Shown: piece by piece, positions 27,290-28,792 of the stretch
How the letters are laid out: every line of letters begins with the position of its first letter
Position numbering within the stretch: the stretch's first letter is position 1
Program-made: the position numbers and the translations under genes
Virus record (IMG/VR): IMGVR_UViG_3300030095_000137
Coordinates: 1 to 28,792 of that record
Reading direction: 5' to 3' (one strand)
From: a virus
Taxonomy: Duplodnaviria; Caudoviricetes
Length of the DNA stretch: 28,792 nucleotides
The notes under the pieces: generated by a model
Databases searched by the model: none
The model's input: only the letters and a program-made list of their open reading frames with translations
What the model was told of the DNA's origin: nothing

Positions 27290-27750
27290 CCCTGTGGAAT
27301 GCCTGTATTTATGACTAATTTAATATCACCAGTATGATCCAATCCAACTCTGTCTCCATATCTCTGAGGAAACCATTTAGCTAACAACTTAAGTCTTAAA
27401 TCTGCACGGTTACGCATCCAATTCACATGAGCATTATCAAGCTTTGGACTATCTTCAGAACCAGTAAGAACTGGAGGAGTATCTATCAACTCCAATGCTT
27501 CCTCTGCAATAGCGTCAGCCCCCATCATGCGCACCTGTGTGAAGCGTGAACTAAACTCACTATCTTTATCCAACCAATTATAAATAGTTCTCCATGAAGG
27601 CTTTCCTTTCCGTCTGCAATAAGACCGTAAAGTTTTCCCATGAGCAATCCAATCACAAATCTCTTCAACGATGACTTGATTAGGTTTAGAAGAAGGTCTA
27701 CCTAATTTCGATTGTTTTAAATCTGTCAGGATAATCTGCTCTTCTTTCAT
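27286..27750 (-). CDS. terS: Terminase small subunit (Sf6 gp1-like)
   Basis: 154 aa. GRPS..EEICDWIAHGKTLRSYCR..PSWRTIYNWL HTH, ADAIAEEALELID, LAKWFPQRYGDR; ATGA overlap with terL. Confidence 0.88.
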   Translation of the reverse strand: MKEEQIILTDLKQSKLGRPSSKPNQVIVEEICDWIAHGKTLRSYCRRKGKPSWRTIYNWLDKDSEFSSRFTQVRMMGADAIAEEALELIDTPPVLTGSEDSPKLDNAHVNWMRNRADLRLKLLAKWFPQRYGDRVGLDHTGDIKLVINTGIPQG

Positions 27751-27955
27751 AACGACAAAGTTTAGCGATAGTACCTCTACTTATATTAAACATTTTAGAA
27801 AGGGAACCATAACCGATACCGTAGTCTTCGTGAAGATCTCGTAAAGCATCTACAACAGTGTCAGGAATAGTACAGTTGTGATGACATTGGTTAACTCTGT
27901 AGCCCTTTTCATTAACTCCAACAACAATGCGAGTAACTTTAGTTGCGAGAGTCAT
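27698..27955 (-). CDS. Small HTH DNA-binding protein
   Basis: 85 aa. VDALRDLHEDYGIGYGSLSKMFNISRGTIAKLCRYERR resembles the HTH found C-terminal to phage HNH proteins; first gene of the late cluster. Confidence 0.65.
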   Translation of the reverse strand: MTLATKVTRIVVGVNEKGYRVNQCHHNCTIPDTVVDALRDLHEDYGIGYGSLSKMFNISRGTIAKLCRYERRADYPDRFKTIEIR

Positions 27956-27981
27956 TAAAAGATATAAGTAAAATTAAACAT

Positions 27982-28010
27982 AATATAGAGAAATGTAGAA
28001 TAAATCGCAA
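27982..28010 (-). promoter_or_regulatory. Putative sigma70-type promoter for HTH-terS-terL
   Basis: Minus strand TTGCGA-N17-TATATT, ending about 26 nt upstream of the ATG at 27955. Confidence 0.55.
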
Positions 28011-28094
28011 TGGTAAAAATAAAATTTGTGTTGAATAGAAGGGTGTTTTCTGGTAAGGGGGTTTAAATCGACACAATCTTTTTTTATTAATTTG

Positions 28095-28128
28095 TTGACA
28101 AGTGTTAGGATTAGTGCAACACTATAAG
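28095..28128 (+). promoter_or_regulatory. Putative divergent rightward promoter
   Basis: Perfect TTGACA (28095-28100) after an AT-rich UP-like tract. The -10 is ambiguous (TGcAACACT at 17 nt, or TATAAG further on). Confidence 0.45.
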
Positions 28129-28177
28129 TATCGGTTGTCCGCCGATTTGTCACTTACTAATTTCAATTAACAACACA

Positions 28178-28792
28178 ATGACACAGTTCAAATTTCCACA
28201 GAACCTAGCAGACCACTTAGAGAATGAGATCTACAACAAGCTTATTGCTTCAGTACAAACTGATGTAGACAAGTACAATTCTATGTGGGCTAAACGTGAG
28301 CAAGAAGGTAAAACTTACGACACACACAAAGTGTATAAGTCAATGTATAACAAAGTAGTAGAAGAAAAAGTTTACTACTATCAACTATCTAAAGGTTTAT
28401 TAAGCATTACTTTCTTTCAAGAAGATTCATACGGCCAGATGGTTAATGACTATCACAGACCTTGGCATTGCAAAGTTAACTTAGAAGCTTGCTTCAAGAA
28501 TGCTAGACAGCAAAGAGATCATGCAGTTGCTTTATGTGAGCAGAGAGCTAACAATCACCTAGCAGTTACCGATCAGATCAATGGTCATAGTTTTAAACTA
28601 GGCAAAAAAAATCTTATTGACGGTGTCGTTTCTGGCAAGACTGCTACCAACGAATCTTTCCAAATTCATCTCCAGATGATGTGGAACTACCGCTACGGTG
28701 AGAATTCAGCCAATGGTTACATGACTCAGTATGTCCAGTACAGAAGCGACAGACGTGGTGCTAGGCAAGAAGGCAAGTCAGTACAGCAAGCC
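28178..28792 (+). CDS. Hypothetical phage protein, 3' truncated (not in ORF track)
   Basis: ATG at 28178, open to the window end: MTQFKFPQNLADHLENEIYNKLIASVQTDVDKYNSMWAKR...QMMWNYRYGENSANGYMTQYVQYRSDRRG. Divergent from the structural module. Confidence 0.8.
   Translation, partial: MTQFKFPQNLADHLENEIYNKLIASVQTDVDKYNSMWAKREQEGKTYDTHKVYKSMYNKVVEEKVYYYQLSKGLLSITFFQEDSYGQMVNDYHRPWHCKVNLEACFKNARQQRDHAVALCEQRANNHLAVTDQINGHSFKLGKKNLIDGVVSGKTATNESFQIHLQMMWNYRYGENSANGYMTQYVQYRSDRRGARQEGKSVQQA

Overview
AT-rich marine podovirus-like phage segment carrying a nearly complete packaging, head, tail and ejection module on the minus strand. Gene order and motifs resemble Bordetella BPP-1-type podoviruses, while the tail-fibre genes look cyanophage-like. 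In transcription order (right to left): small HTH protein, TerS, TerL, Asp/Asn beta-hydroxylase-like 2OG-Fe(II) oxygenase, GNAT, small virion protein, portal, three small head-associated ORFs (two missing from the ORF track), Bbp19-like protein, scaffold, major capsid, cement, HeH protein, tail tubular A/B, three ejection proteins (193, 889, 2758 aa) and tail fibre genes. A divergent plus-strand gene starts at the right edge. Main observations: (1) the 2758 aa protein appears to carry ART, HhH-glycosylase-like, second ART and zincin domains; (2) a nested out-of-frame acidic ORF with a perfect Shine-Dalgarno lies over the GC-rich second ART domain and is a candidate built-in antidote; (3) four exact copies of GTGTGACCGTAA are each followed after exactly 16 nt by TAnnnT, suggesting a phage late-promoter regulon; (4) small head proteins share a scaffold-like C-terminal xxLY(G/S/N) motif. 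All family assignments come from motif recognition, not database searches.
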